Below, piece after piece: positions 53,310-64,000 of a DNA stretch of 64,000 nucleotides. Every line of letters begins with the position of its first letter. Positions within the stretch are counted from its first letter, which is position 1. The DNA lies in the NCBI RefSeq assembly GCF_001194135.2, contig NC_068984.1, forward strand, positions 3,583,274 through 3,647,273. The letters run 5' to 3'. The stretch is from Octopus bimaculoides. Lineage: Eukaryota. Both the position numbers and the translations under genes were made by a program. Below the pieces are notes generated by a model that ran no database searches, was not told where the DNA came from, and was given only the letters and a program-made list of their open reading frames with translations.

Positions 53310-53655
53310 TAATGGAGGAGACCCCCTTTAGTCATGAATGACCATGGGGATTGCACCTAGAAAGTTACCCTCCAAGGCACAGGTCGGGCAAGGTTGTTTG
53401 TGGAAGACCAGCAGTCGCCCATGCATACCAGCCTCCCGTCTCCATGCCACCAGTGTTATCCAAGGGATAGGCAAAAGGACCAATACAGCTTGGCACCAGT
53501 GATGTCGCAACTCATTTCTACAGCTGAGTGAACTGGAGCAACGTGAAATAAAGTGTCTTGCTCAAGAACACAACATGCAGCCCGGTCTGGGATTCGAACT
53601 CACAACCTCACAATCATAAGCTTGACGCTCTAACCACTGAGCCATGTGCCTTCAC
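53310..53655 (-). mobile_element. tRNA-derived SINE family D (Nin/Deu-domain-like core)
   Basis: Minus strand: A-box TGGCTCAGTGG, B-box GTTCGAATCC, then CTTGAGCAAGACACTT and CAGTTCACTCAGCTGTAGAAATGAG. A degenerate relative lies near 38180-38310(+). Confidence 0.85.
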
Positions 53656-53669
53656 TAACTAATAATAAC

Positions 53670-53707
<38 letters not shown>

Positions 53708-53806
53708 CAACAACAACACATCAAGATGAGTCAAAGAAAACATGCAAAAATAATATTGTTGTGATTATTTATTATAAAAATGTTAAGAATAATAAAGTTT
53801 ACTCAC

Positions 53807-54128
53807 TTTGAGGTACACCAAATGGCTGTACAAGTCCAATTCCCTGGGATAAAAGGAACTGCCGTTGTTGGAACTGTATCTGTTGTATTAACTGTTGTTG
53901 TTGTATACTTAACTCATGCATTCGTTGCTTCATCTGTTTGCTACTTTTGCTTTTTTCCGATGGTGTAACCGAACTATGGAGGGGACCTGACTGTACACCT
54001 GACACATTCTGCTGCGGTTGCTGTTGTTGCTGCTGTTGCTGTTGCAAGAGTTGAGATTGCTGGAGAATGTTGAGTTGCAGCTGTTCATTCAGCTGGTGCA
54101 GTAATTGTTCTTGTAATTTTTGTTGTTG
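53807..54128 (-). CDS. FoxP: FoxP exon B (322 nt, phase 0/1): QQQKLQEQLLHQLNEQLQLNILQQSQLL-Q9-PQQNVSGVQSGPLHSSVTPSEKSKSSKQMKQRMHELSIQQQQLIQQIQFQQRQFLLSQGIGLVQPFGVPQ
   Basis: Acceptor caatctttttag|CAA and donor CAAA|gtgagt. Resembles the FoxP LQE..QQEQLHLQLLQQ and QQQLLQMQQLQQQ..LL segments. Phase matches both neighbours. Confidence 0.92.
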
Positions 54129-56280
54129 CTAAAAAGATTGAAAATATTCTTATTAGTTGTTTCGTTTTAACAATCCTAGTTTGAAGGCAGAGTTAGTACA
54201 GAATGCATAAAAACACCATAAGAAAGATAACAGTAACTTGTTATGTTTATTTTACGATTATTGCCTTACTAATAACTATACAAATCCCATACAACACTTT
54301 TGGAGAAGAAAAAAGTGAAGTAAAAAAACTAGGGACATAAAATAGTTTTAGAAATGAAAATAGAAGAAAAGGGGTCTTTTTTGAGAATTAAAAAAAACCG
54401 TTTATTGCAATAATCATGTATCAAGTTGAATGATCTCCCCAAGAAAGAACTTCCCTTGTTTGACTTTCATAGTTCCTAATGATTTGAGAAAGGTGTAGTA
54501 TCACTGCTACTACATATAACATAACAAAGAATGTTAGTTGAATGTGTTTTAAATCATTTAATTAACAGTTCGTCAATTCCAGAGGCTACTGGATCGATGT
54601 TTATTATCTCATAGCTTCTGTGGCATTAAATAGATGAGAACTACACCTACCCCTGGTTAAGAAAGTAACATTTCACAACTAACTTCTTTTGTGTAATCTG
54701 GTACTTCATCTTGACGACTAAGAGAAACACGGCTTGGAAAATACTGTCTGCTGTCCAGGAAATAAAGGAATATAACGGCAGTGGGACTAAACCTAAAAAT
54801 CAAGGGCCAGTGTGGGTTCAACAGATTATCTACTCAGCTACTTCATCTACAGCTTTGCTTTGAAAGACATTTACGGCACCATCACCTAAACTCCACTCCA
54901 ATATTTCAATGGAGATGTTTTGCTCAAAGACATATCAACAGTTGTTGAGAATCTAGTTTTTAGAACAACCAAACTCTTCTCACTCTGATAATTTCAAAAG
55001 CTCAATGAGATTTTGGTTTAATCTTATTAATGACTGCAGATGACAAAGGATTCTGGAAGCAGTTTGTTACTATACAACCTGAAATCATCATTTTAGAGGA
55101 ATCTACATAAAAATTGTCTGTTGCTACAAATGAATGTTCTGTCAGTCCCTTTACAATATAACTATTATAAAGAAGATATCATCATCGTCGTTTAATGTCC
55201 GCTTTCCATGCTAGCATGGGTTGGACGATTTGACTGAGGACTGGTGAAACCAGATGGCTACACCAGGCTCCAATCTGATTTGGCAGAGTTTCTACAGCTA
55301 GATGCCCTTCCTAACGCCAACCACTCCGAGAGTGTAGTGGGTGCTTTTACGTGCCACTGGCACAAAGGCCAGTCAGGCGGAACTGGCAACGGCCACGCTC
55401 AAAATGGTGTATTTTACGTGCCACCTGCACAGGAGCCAGTGCGGCGGCACTGTAAAATGATAATGTCTGGTGAGTTTGTTTACAATAAAACAGTTACAAC
55501 AAGCAATCACAGATTTACAAGTTGCATTCAATAGAAAGAGTGTAGCTCAAGTTGTAATGACATGTAAAGTGAGGAGTTGAAAACTGTGGAACACATTTGC
55601 CACAATTAATGATGGTAATACAAAATCTGTAAAGTGATTGGCATTAGCAAGAACATCCAGCTGTAGAAACCATATCAAAATGAATACCAGTTTCCAACAC
55701 TGTCTTCAGACCAATTGGATTTTATCAAACCATCTAACATGGATGTTAAATTATCATGATAATGATATAAACCCATTTTATTCTCTGTGGAATATTTTAC
55801 TAAATGTCACCATAATTACAATAATGTTGTCCAGAATCAAATAATTTAAAAGTTGTCATAACACAATCTTTAATGTTTGGAATATCATGAGGGGTGGGTG
55901 ATATCTTTCTTTTATCCAAACTGGAAGCTGATCTATGTGATTAGTTGTTGAATAAAGTCTTTAGTATACAGACCTCCTGTTACTTTTTATGGAGAGAAAG
56001 AGTTCTGAGAGGCTTATCACAACCCTCCATCAGACTCTACATAATTCAGACACTAGTTTAGCAGAACCTCCTCTTCCTGCCGGTACTTTCTTTAGCTTGT
56101 TACGTATTCTATTGATCTCTATTTGTTGATTTATAGGTGTAGATAAACACACACATAAGTATATATCATTACTTACACACACATTTTCTTTTAATTTTTT
56201 TTTCTCTTCCAGCATATTGTAATTAGGATTAAAGATTAAAGACAGACAACATTTTAAGTTATTTATGAATTAAATTAAGA

Positions 56281-56548
56281 TTGTTTGCCAACATAACATG
56301 GCAGTCCTGGTTTAGGATGAATGTTGCTGTAATTTAGCCCCAGGAGGCATCGTCTCCAGTTGGCTATATGATACGATTTGTGTCCTTATATTTTCGAACA
56401 AGGGAATCTTGGGAGCGCTAGATTCCCTTGTTCGAAAATATAAGGACACGGATCGTGTCGCATAGCCAGCTGGAGACGATGTCTACAGGAGCTAAATTAC
56501 AGCAACATTCATCCCAAACCAGGACTGCCATGTTATGTTGGCAAACAA
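56281..56548. repeat. 268-bp palindrome (129-bp arms, 10-nt loop), probably a MITE
   Basis: Arms 56281-56409 and 56420-56548 align ungapped with 11 mismatches (~91%). Loop TGGGAGCGCT. No convincing TSD. Confidence 0.95.
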
Positions 56549-57099
56549 CTTTTTACTCCAAAGTACTGAATATCACTTGTTGTGAGATTTAAAAATAGTA
56601 ATTGTCTCAATTAAGATTTCCATCCATGTTGAGTCTCTTTCTTGGATTAACCATTCATCAATTAAAACAGATTCACAAAGTAAAACGATCTTAATTTCTC
56701 TAATATAAATATTTTAAATTTACAATTTGATCAACATCAAACTGGAATAACCCAAATGGATTCAGGATTGTCAACTGCTCAGGATGAAATGTTAATAGAG
56801 GATAGTCTTAACACGGAAGAGATGATTGGCTTACAACAGTCACATGCTGTAAACCAATCTCTGTAAGCATGCTCTAACTTTAACGGAGTTAAACTGAATG
56901 GTGCGATGTAAGAGGAGTGTGTTGCGAGAGATATGATTGCAACGCTGAACAGGTGGCAACATAAATTGGCTGCATCGAATGGCAACAAGGATTGGAAAAA
57001 AGGAGGAGATAAAATAAATGAATAAAAGGGGACAGCTACAAGGGGTGAGTCACAAACTTGAGGAGACATCAAACATGGTAGTATCTGGTNNNNNNNNNN

Positions 57100-57462
57100 C
57101 GACGTCAAGGGTTCCAGTTGATCCGATCAACAGAACAGCCTGCACGTGAAATTAACGTGCAAGTGGCTGAGCACTCCACAGACACGTGTACCCTTAATGT
57201 AGTTTTTGGGGATATTCAGCGTGACACAGTGTGACAAGGTTGACCCTTTGAATTACAGGTACAACAGAAACAGGAAGAAAGAGTGAGAGAAAGTTGTGGT
57301 GAAAGAGTACAGCAGGATTCGCCACCATACCCTGCCGCAGCCTCGTGGAGCTTTAGGTGTTTTCGCTCAATAAACACTCACAATGCCCAGTCTGGGAATC
57401 GAAACCACGATCCTAAGACCACAAATCCGCTGTCCTAACCACTAGGCCATTGCACCTCCACA
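57100..57462 (-). mobile_element. tRNA-derived SINE family E
   Basis: Minus-strand head GGAGGTGCAATGGCCTAGTGGTTAGG...GGTTTCGATTCCC (A and B boxes), followed by a ~290-nt body unrelated to families A and D. The 3' end abuts a 10-N gap. Confidence 0.8.
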
Positions 57463-59431
57463 CAGTATAATGTAACTTGAGGAAAACTTGACTGCTATTT
57501 CAAGTTGAATAAACATTTACAGGTTCTCCAAGGGAAGAAGAGCAGAAACTTAAAAGATATGAAAGTATGCGATATATTACTGGTATGTAGAGGATATGGA
57601 AGAAAGGAATGATAGAGCAAAGACAGGGATGAGAGATCAGAAAGCAAGAAAGTGATGAACAGATTGTGTGAATAAAAGATGAATAAAAGATGAAGTGAAA
57701 AGGAAAAAAATGGAAATGAAAAGAAATAACAGCAGATAATATCAAAGTTGAAAATTGTTTTTGGGGGGAAGTGTTGTTTGGCTAAATAATCATAATTAAA
57801 TGTATCTAATTATTATAATTAAGTAGATCTACTTTTGTACTGAAACAGTATAAACACATACATAAAAATATAGACAAATACACTCACACATATAAACATA
57901 TATATTTATTACACACACACACACGTACATGTGTGTGTATGTACGTGTGCACACTACATTCATACGTACTAAATGTTTATAGAAAGGGAAAAAAATGCAG
58001 CAAATATCTACAAAACAATTTTTGCCTTGTTTGTTTACATTTGTTATAATATGAAGAAATAGAAATAAATCAATAATGATCGGAATGTGTGTATTTATAG
58101 AAATATAAACAAATATATTGGAATACATGTTTGCATGCAAACAGGAATTTTACATGAAACAGTAGACAAAATAAGAATTGAGGAGAGTTTGGAAGCAAAT
58201 CAGATGAAATAAATATCAGAGAGAGAAAAGCTGAATGTCTAACTTTACAGGAAAATAGAGGACATTCAAAACAGTCAAGAACTGGAAGAGTATAAATAAA
58301 AGTCAAGATGGGGGGGGGGGGTTAAGTTGGAGAAGGTCAGCACCCATGCTGCCTGTGTAGTCTTTCTTTGAATGGAACAGTCTAAATGGAATGAAAGAGA
58401 GTCTATGATAATTGATTTTACATTTAAGTAGAGAGAGATTAGTGATTAATCTTCCGTAGAGAAGCTACTAATTCAGAAGTCCAGTGTCGCAACCACTGTA
58501 GATCCAGCTTCACAGAAATAGTAGAACAGCATGAGGTAGCCTTGCAGAATAATGGCCATGGCATAGTACAAAGAGAGTGATAGTAGTGATAGTGGTAACA
58601 AGTGTAGAGATGGTGAAGATCGTAGGAACAATATATGAAGAATTGAATGTTATAGCATTTTGTTTTAGTATGTCAAAGTTCTAATTTAAACCCTTCCCTA
58701 ACTACCATAAATACCTAAAATTTTTCAAATCAACTAAATAAATAAAAACCTTTCAAGAACAAAGACAAAAACTGGCCATGCACTTAACTAAAAGAAATAT
58801 TTTTTTGGTGAAGAGGTTGATTGGAAACAACAATGAAGACACAATGGGAGCAGATTAAAGTAATTTCTCTGAGGAAGTGGTTACCTACAGTTACATTTGT
58901 AGACATGAAGCATTGTAGATTGAAAAAGTGTAGCAAACACCTATCTGTGGTATTCATGCATCTCCAACACCATTATATAAGCATCATTAAATGGTTGGTG
59001 TTATTTAATAACTGAATATTTTTGACATGAGACCTGGATCTTTATTGATTCTTCTATTGGACAATAGTAATTTCACTGGATTAAAACTGAAGAGAAATGT
59101 AATAAAGTGTAAAGATCAAAATAGCAATGATTTCTTTTGTTGTATAAGAGAGCATATCTGATTGGTTCAACTACAGAAACTTTTGCAGTCTTTTTGTTGT
59201 TGTAAGAGACAACAGCTGATTGGTTAAACTACAATGTCTTTAGCTGTGTTAAATGTTTCTATTCTAGAAAGAAGGAAATCAAAGAATTTCACCCTGTCGC
59301 AAGGAAGGACCTGGTATGGCATTTTACCATTTCCCAATTAGGGAAATGGTCTAATAGATTACAAAAGTAAAATGAAGGTGATTGCATAAAAAAAAGAAGA
59401 TGAGCCATATTTTGGAAGTGATGCAACTGAC

Positions 59432-59785
59432 CTGTTGCTGCAAGAGTAATGTCTGTTGTTGCATAACTTGTTGCAGCTGGTTCGGATTCAGGAGTTGTTG
59501 TTGCAACAGTTGCTGCATCTGTTGTGGATTCAAGCCTTGCTGTGCAGCCAGCATGATGAGAGGGGTTTGTTGCACGGCAGCTGCTGCTGCTGCCACTGCA
59601 GCCTGCTGTTGTTGCTGCTGCTGCTGCTGCTGATGTTGTTGTACCTGTGCTTGGACCTGAGCTAGTTGTTGTTGTAGTGCTACAGCAGAAGAACTGTTGT
59701 CAATCAATGATTTCGACTTTCGTTTAGCTGCTCCTGTTACTGGTGACTTTATTGATAGATGTGGAGCGAGAGCTTGGACTTGTCC
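59432..59785 (-). CDS. FoxP: FoxP exon A (354 nt, phase 0/0): GQVQALAPHLSIKSPVTGAAKRKSKSLIDNSSSAVALQQQLAQVQAQVQQH-Q10-AAVAAAAAAVQQTPLIMLAAQQGLNPQQMQQLLQQQLLNPNQLQQVMQQQTLLLQQQ
   Basis: Acceptor ...ctccctttgtcttttgtag|GGA and donor CAG|gtcagt. Open frame of 118 codons, glutamine-rich like FoxP N-termini. Confidence 0.9.
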
Positions 59786-61125
59786 CTACAAAAGACAAAG
59801 GGAGAAACAAACAAAACGATATTTTAAAATTAAAATAAGGAAAACAAAAACAATTAATTCACATTATTTTCAGAAAAATAAAGAGTTTTCTTTTATTAAT
59901 ATCACTGAAGGCGTTCTTGTTGGAAACTTTATTTGCAGCAATCAAATCATTAGTTTCCAACATCAGCAGCACTGACAGGTAGGTGTTTTCTGAGAAAACA
60001 AGATTTCATTTACTTCTAATATTAATTAATAACTCAATAGTTATCTCAGTGAATGGCCAAAGTATTTATTAGTGGGAAACATCTAACTCTCACTCAAGAG
60101 ATATTGACTTTTCCAGTATTAGTCATATGTATTAATATATTAGTCAATTAATAAATTAGTCATATGTATTAATAAATTAGCCAATGTTTTATTTATTTCA
60201 TGCAAGTGTGCTAAATAGAAATGTGCTTTCTGTTTGTTGATCAATTAACAGTGAAGAGCAATATAGCTAAGTTTGGAGCAGAGACACAATGGGTTAACAA
60301 GGCTCAATTCCTTGTCAGAAGTTCTTCAGTATTTTGACAAATATTGTACAACCAGTAAAAAAGTTTATATTGGGTTATTTCAATTGACTCCAAACGGAAA
60401 TGAAATAACAGTTCTTGGATTCAGTTAAAGAAGGAGAAAACGGTTTAATTATGGAGTAGAAACTTCAAATGGAGAGTTGAAAATATACCTGGGTAAATGA
60501 AAATATAAGCCAAAATAAAATAACCAATCTCTCACTTTCTCTCTATTAAACCATTTTGTTAAATTTAACATTGGAATCTAGTTCTATATCTAAAACTTCT
60601 TCCCCACTTACACCTGCCAACACACTAACTATGGCACAATGTGTTTTAATTACTAAACTAAAAAGAACGAACCAAATCAAATAAATATTAGAAATTATAA
60701 GAGAGAGAGAAAACATTTTCTTTTTACTTTTTAAAAGAAAAACTATATGAACAGCAATATCATGTGATAAGAGCTAGGAAAGCAGTTAACACATGAGGGT
60801 CATTAATCAAATAATTTAAACAACCCTTTAAACTGGTATAATATATCAATAATCAAATATTATTTGTTCGGCTAAAGGAGGGGAGGGTATCTTTTTTTAC
60901 TGTTGCTTTTTTTAGTAAAACTAATTACAAAATTAGAGTAATTAAATTAAGGTGTTATGGAGAGTCAAGACAGAAAATAAAGTTGGAAGCTTAGAGAAAG
61001 GCTAAGCAGGTTAACGTAAAATAAAATTACAACTAAGAATTATTTTCAGAGAGCAATATTAAAATAATAGTTGAGTGCAATGTCACAGTTGGTTGTATTT
61101 GGTTTTGATGAAATAGTTTTGTGTC

Positions 61126-61165
<40 letters not shown>

Positions 61166-63777
61166 GGAAAGTTAATAATATGTGTGTGTGTGTTCACATA
61201 CACGCACACACAAACATATATATACACATCAAAGAAAAACAGTAGAGGGAAAAATTGTTAGATGTTTCAAGCTGACAGGAAGAATTTAGTTCAATGATGC
61301 ATCTTGTTGTGTGTCTTTTGATTTCGATTCTTGACAGACTGGAATGAAGTACAAATCTAAAGACAATCATCCATGGTATACAATTATATTCTCTTTGAAA
61401 CGACACTAATCATTAGAAAAAGGATCACATAGGATAAGAACAAAAATTATTTGAACATGAGCTCAAGATTTGATGTTTATGACTCAAAAATAAAGCTATG
61501 ATGTTTTATAGCTGGCTTTGGAATAGCAATGGAATCACTGAACTATTCCAACTGACAGTGAACAATTACTTTAAAAAGTAACATTGCTACTGCACGTTAC
61601 ATCACCAGTGACACCAATGTAATACAGCTATTGTATGCAACAGCAACAGTGACAGATGTAACATTACTACTATGTGTCATACACACCACATCAACAATAA
61701 TGAAGCAATGTTACATGTTTTTGACTAGATAACAAGGTATATAATATTTATAGAATTGATCACTGCCCGTTGGTATTTCATCAATTATTGACCTGCAGAC
61801 AAGGAAAAGCTAAGTTAGCCTTGATGACATCTGAACTCAGAACAATGAGACACTGAAGTAATTTCAAACAGTAAATCATGCCAACATTCTACAATGTCCA
61901 TTCCCATTACAACACAAAGTGAAAATGGGAGCTTCTAAGTGGTTATTTGACTGAATAGAAATAGCAGACAAATCTAGTTCAAATCATAACCTACATTCTT
62001 TTACAGGGGGGAGGGGACACACTGGACAACATAACCTTAGATACAATGTCTGTAAAGTAGACAGTACAATCATATTAGTATGTCCAGTCAAGACTGACCA
62101 AGAGCTAAGCATCTACAGTGTTAATCACTAACTTAATATCACATTTTACAGTTTTGTGAAAATTTCACTAATTTTAATTTGTACCTAATTTTGACAAGAA
62201 ATGGAGTTGAAAAATGGTAACAAAACCTGCTTTACAGGCATTACATTTGCTGATTTATTGGAAATGGTGGATTATGACTGAATGAAGTGTTTTCTTCTTA
62301 CGAAAAGGGTTGAGTTGTTGGTTCTAGCAACAGGATGGATTCCTATAACAAGATTAAATCACAAGCAACATTAATACCATCAAACACTATGATGACGCTT
62401 GCCTTGCAATTTAAAGCTCAGTACTTCTGCAACTGCCATCCAGAAATTTCCTCAGAGACTCTTCTAAGCTTACAACCAGACTAGAACCAGTATCTTTCTT
62501 TGCAAGAAAGGGCAGCCAAATTTCCCTCGAATCAGACCCACTATGTTGTTAAAACCACATTGCACAGTCTGCTTTTCATGGTCATGGCTAGAACACCTTT
62601 GAATTTTAAGATCTGCTCAATCAGGCTCAACTTGAGATCAAATATTACCCCACCCCCATCCCAAAAGAACATCAGCCTCTGCTAAATTGAGATGCCACTT
62701 TATAAAACAAAACTTTAGAGCAATGAGAGAGAGGAAAAAGACATAATGGAACATTCAAATGTGAAAAGGAGGGGAAAGGTTTGCACCATAAGGAGGGGAA
62801 GGGTTTGTACCAAGATGGGTGGATGGGTGGAGGTAATGGTTACATCAAACTAAAGAATTAAACAATCACATCTGCCATTAACAAACCTGATCAACTTCCA
62901 ACACAACTAGCAGAACCAACCACGACCACCTCCACTAACACCATGGCCACCACCACCACCACCACCACTAACTATACTGACCCAATAAAAACCAATAAAT
63001 ATACAATTCACCAAATTTTTCCTTATTATCTCCACTGAGAGACTGAGAAAGAATGAAAGAGAAAACCCCTACTTTACAGACACCAAGCAGGAGAGAGAGA
63101 CAGAGAGGGAGGAGGGGTCAGATTTATGGGTCCAGAGTCAGTGAGTTAATTTAACAGCTGCAAGGTGTTTGTCTAATTAAATGACTGAGACAGTGTTTAC
63201 TTATAGGGGTCACAGAGAGAGAGAGAGGAAAGAAATGAGGTGGTGGTGGTGACAGGTAAGTGGGGGATGGGGATGCATCACCACCACCACAAAAACAACA
63301 ACCACCAAGTCACCCACACAAGTGAAGTCATTGTAAATTGTCTGTCAGCAATAGCATCAGCTACCACTCATTCTAGCCCAGTACCACCACTGCCACCTCA
63401 CCACCACTACCGCCATCACCACCACTGCCCTTGCCACTTCCTTATCTATACACAGCCATAAATTGACTAATGTAAAAAAATGTCTAGTGTGGGAGATGGT
63501 AAAAAGTTGATAGAGTATTAAGAGAAGACAACAGGTTAATTGACAGGTAAACAGGAAAGTGAAAGGACCAAGCTAGACTTATCCACACCACCTCAACCAT
63601 TTAACACAAATTATCGAGGGAGACTACTACTACCACCACAAACCCTGACAAATAGTGGAAGAATGGTCTTATAAATGGAGCAGCAACTTTTGTGATATTC
63701 CAAAAAAGCAGGAAAGGTACATTTAAACAACAGCAAATGAATGACAAAACTCCAGCAATATAAAGCATACACACAGA

Positions 63778-63857
<80 letters not shown>

Positions 63858-64000
63858 TGCACACCATAATGTGAATGATGTGTAACACACACACACACCC
63901 TTTTATAAACAAAAAGGGGACAGTTTCAAAACACCTTAACAACCCAGAATAGCAACAAGAAATGTATTTAAAAAGCTGCAGTTTGTCACATTCTCACATG

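Larger units (their letters stand above)
19462..59785 (-). other. FoxP: FoxP-family transcription factor gene, partial (6 coding exons; 5' start and forkhead exons not found in window)
   Basis: Exons join in frame to 409 codons. They contain the FoxP hallmark motifs [22 protein letters not shown]...[30 protein letters not shown] and LQAMMQHLHM. Intron lengths: 5303, 20925, 1810, 5381, 5678 nt. Confidence 0.97.

Noticed and set aside
53310-53655. tRNA gene at SINE heads (also 57400-57462, 23657-23720)
   Set aside because: A/B boxes are present but there is no complete cloverleaf, and the sequences continue into SINE bodies.

Overview
This is eukaryotic, AT-rich, microsatellite-dense genomic DNA with several N-gaps. 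The repeat content looks like a cephalopod, probably Octopus (inference). The window lies inside one large minus-strand gene, a FoxP-family transcription factor. I reconstructed six coding exons by hand (59785-59432, 54128-53807, 32881-32648, 30837-30687, 25305-25218, 19539-19462). All have canonical AG/GT sites and matching phases (0-0-1-1-2-0-0), and they join into 1227 nt = 409 uninterrupted codons. These encode the Q-rich N-terminal region, the 'MSPAEIQQLWKEV' motif, the C2H2 zinc finger and the leucine zipper. The start codon and the forkhead exons were not found and probably lie outside the window. The introns hold several tRNA-derived SINE families and a (GAT)n-tailed retro-element with internal ~66-bp hairpin repeats. 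They also hold Tc1/mariner, RTE and probable Penelope remnants, a piggyBac MITE, a Mutator-like long-TIR element, a 268-bp palindrome and many microsatellites. The main leads are the abundant intronic dsRNA-forming inverted repeats (RNA editing or circRNA), a possible forkhead-less terminal exon, and a polyQ/polyA tract. No prokaryotic systems or CRISPR arrays are present, and almost all ORFs in the supplied track are microsatellite artefacts.
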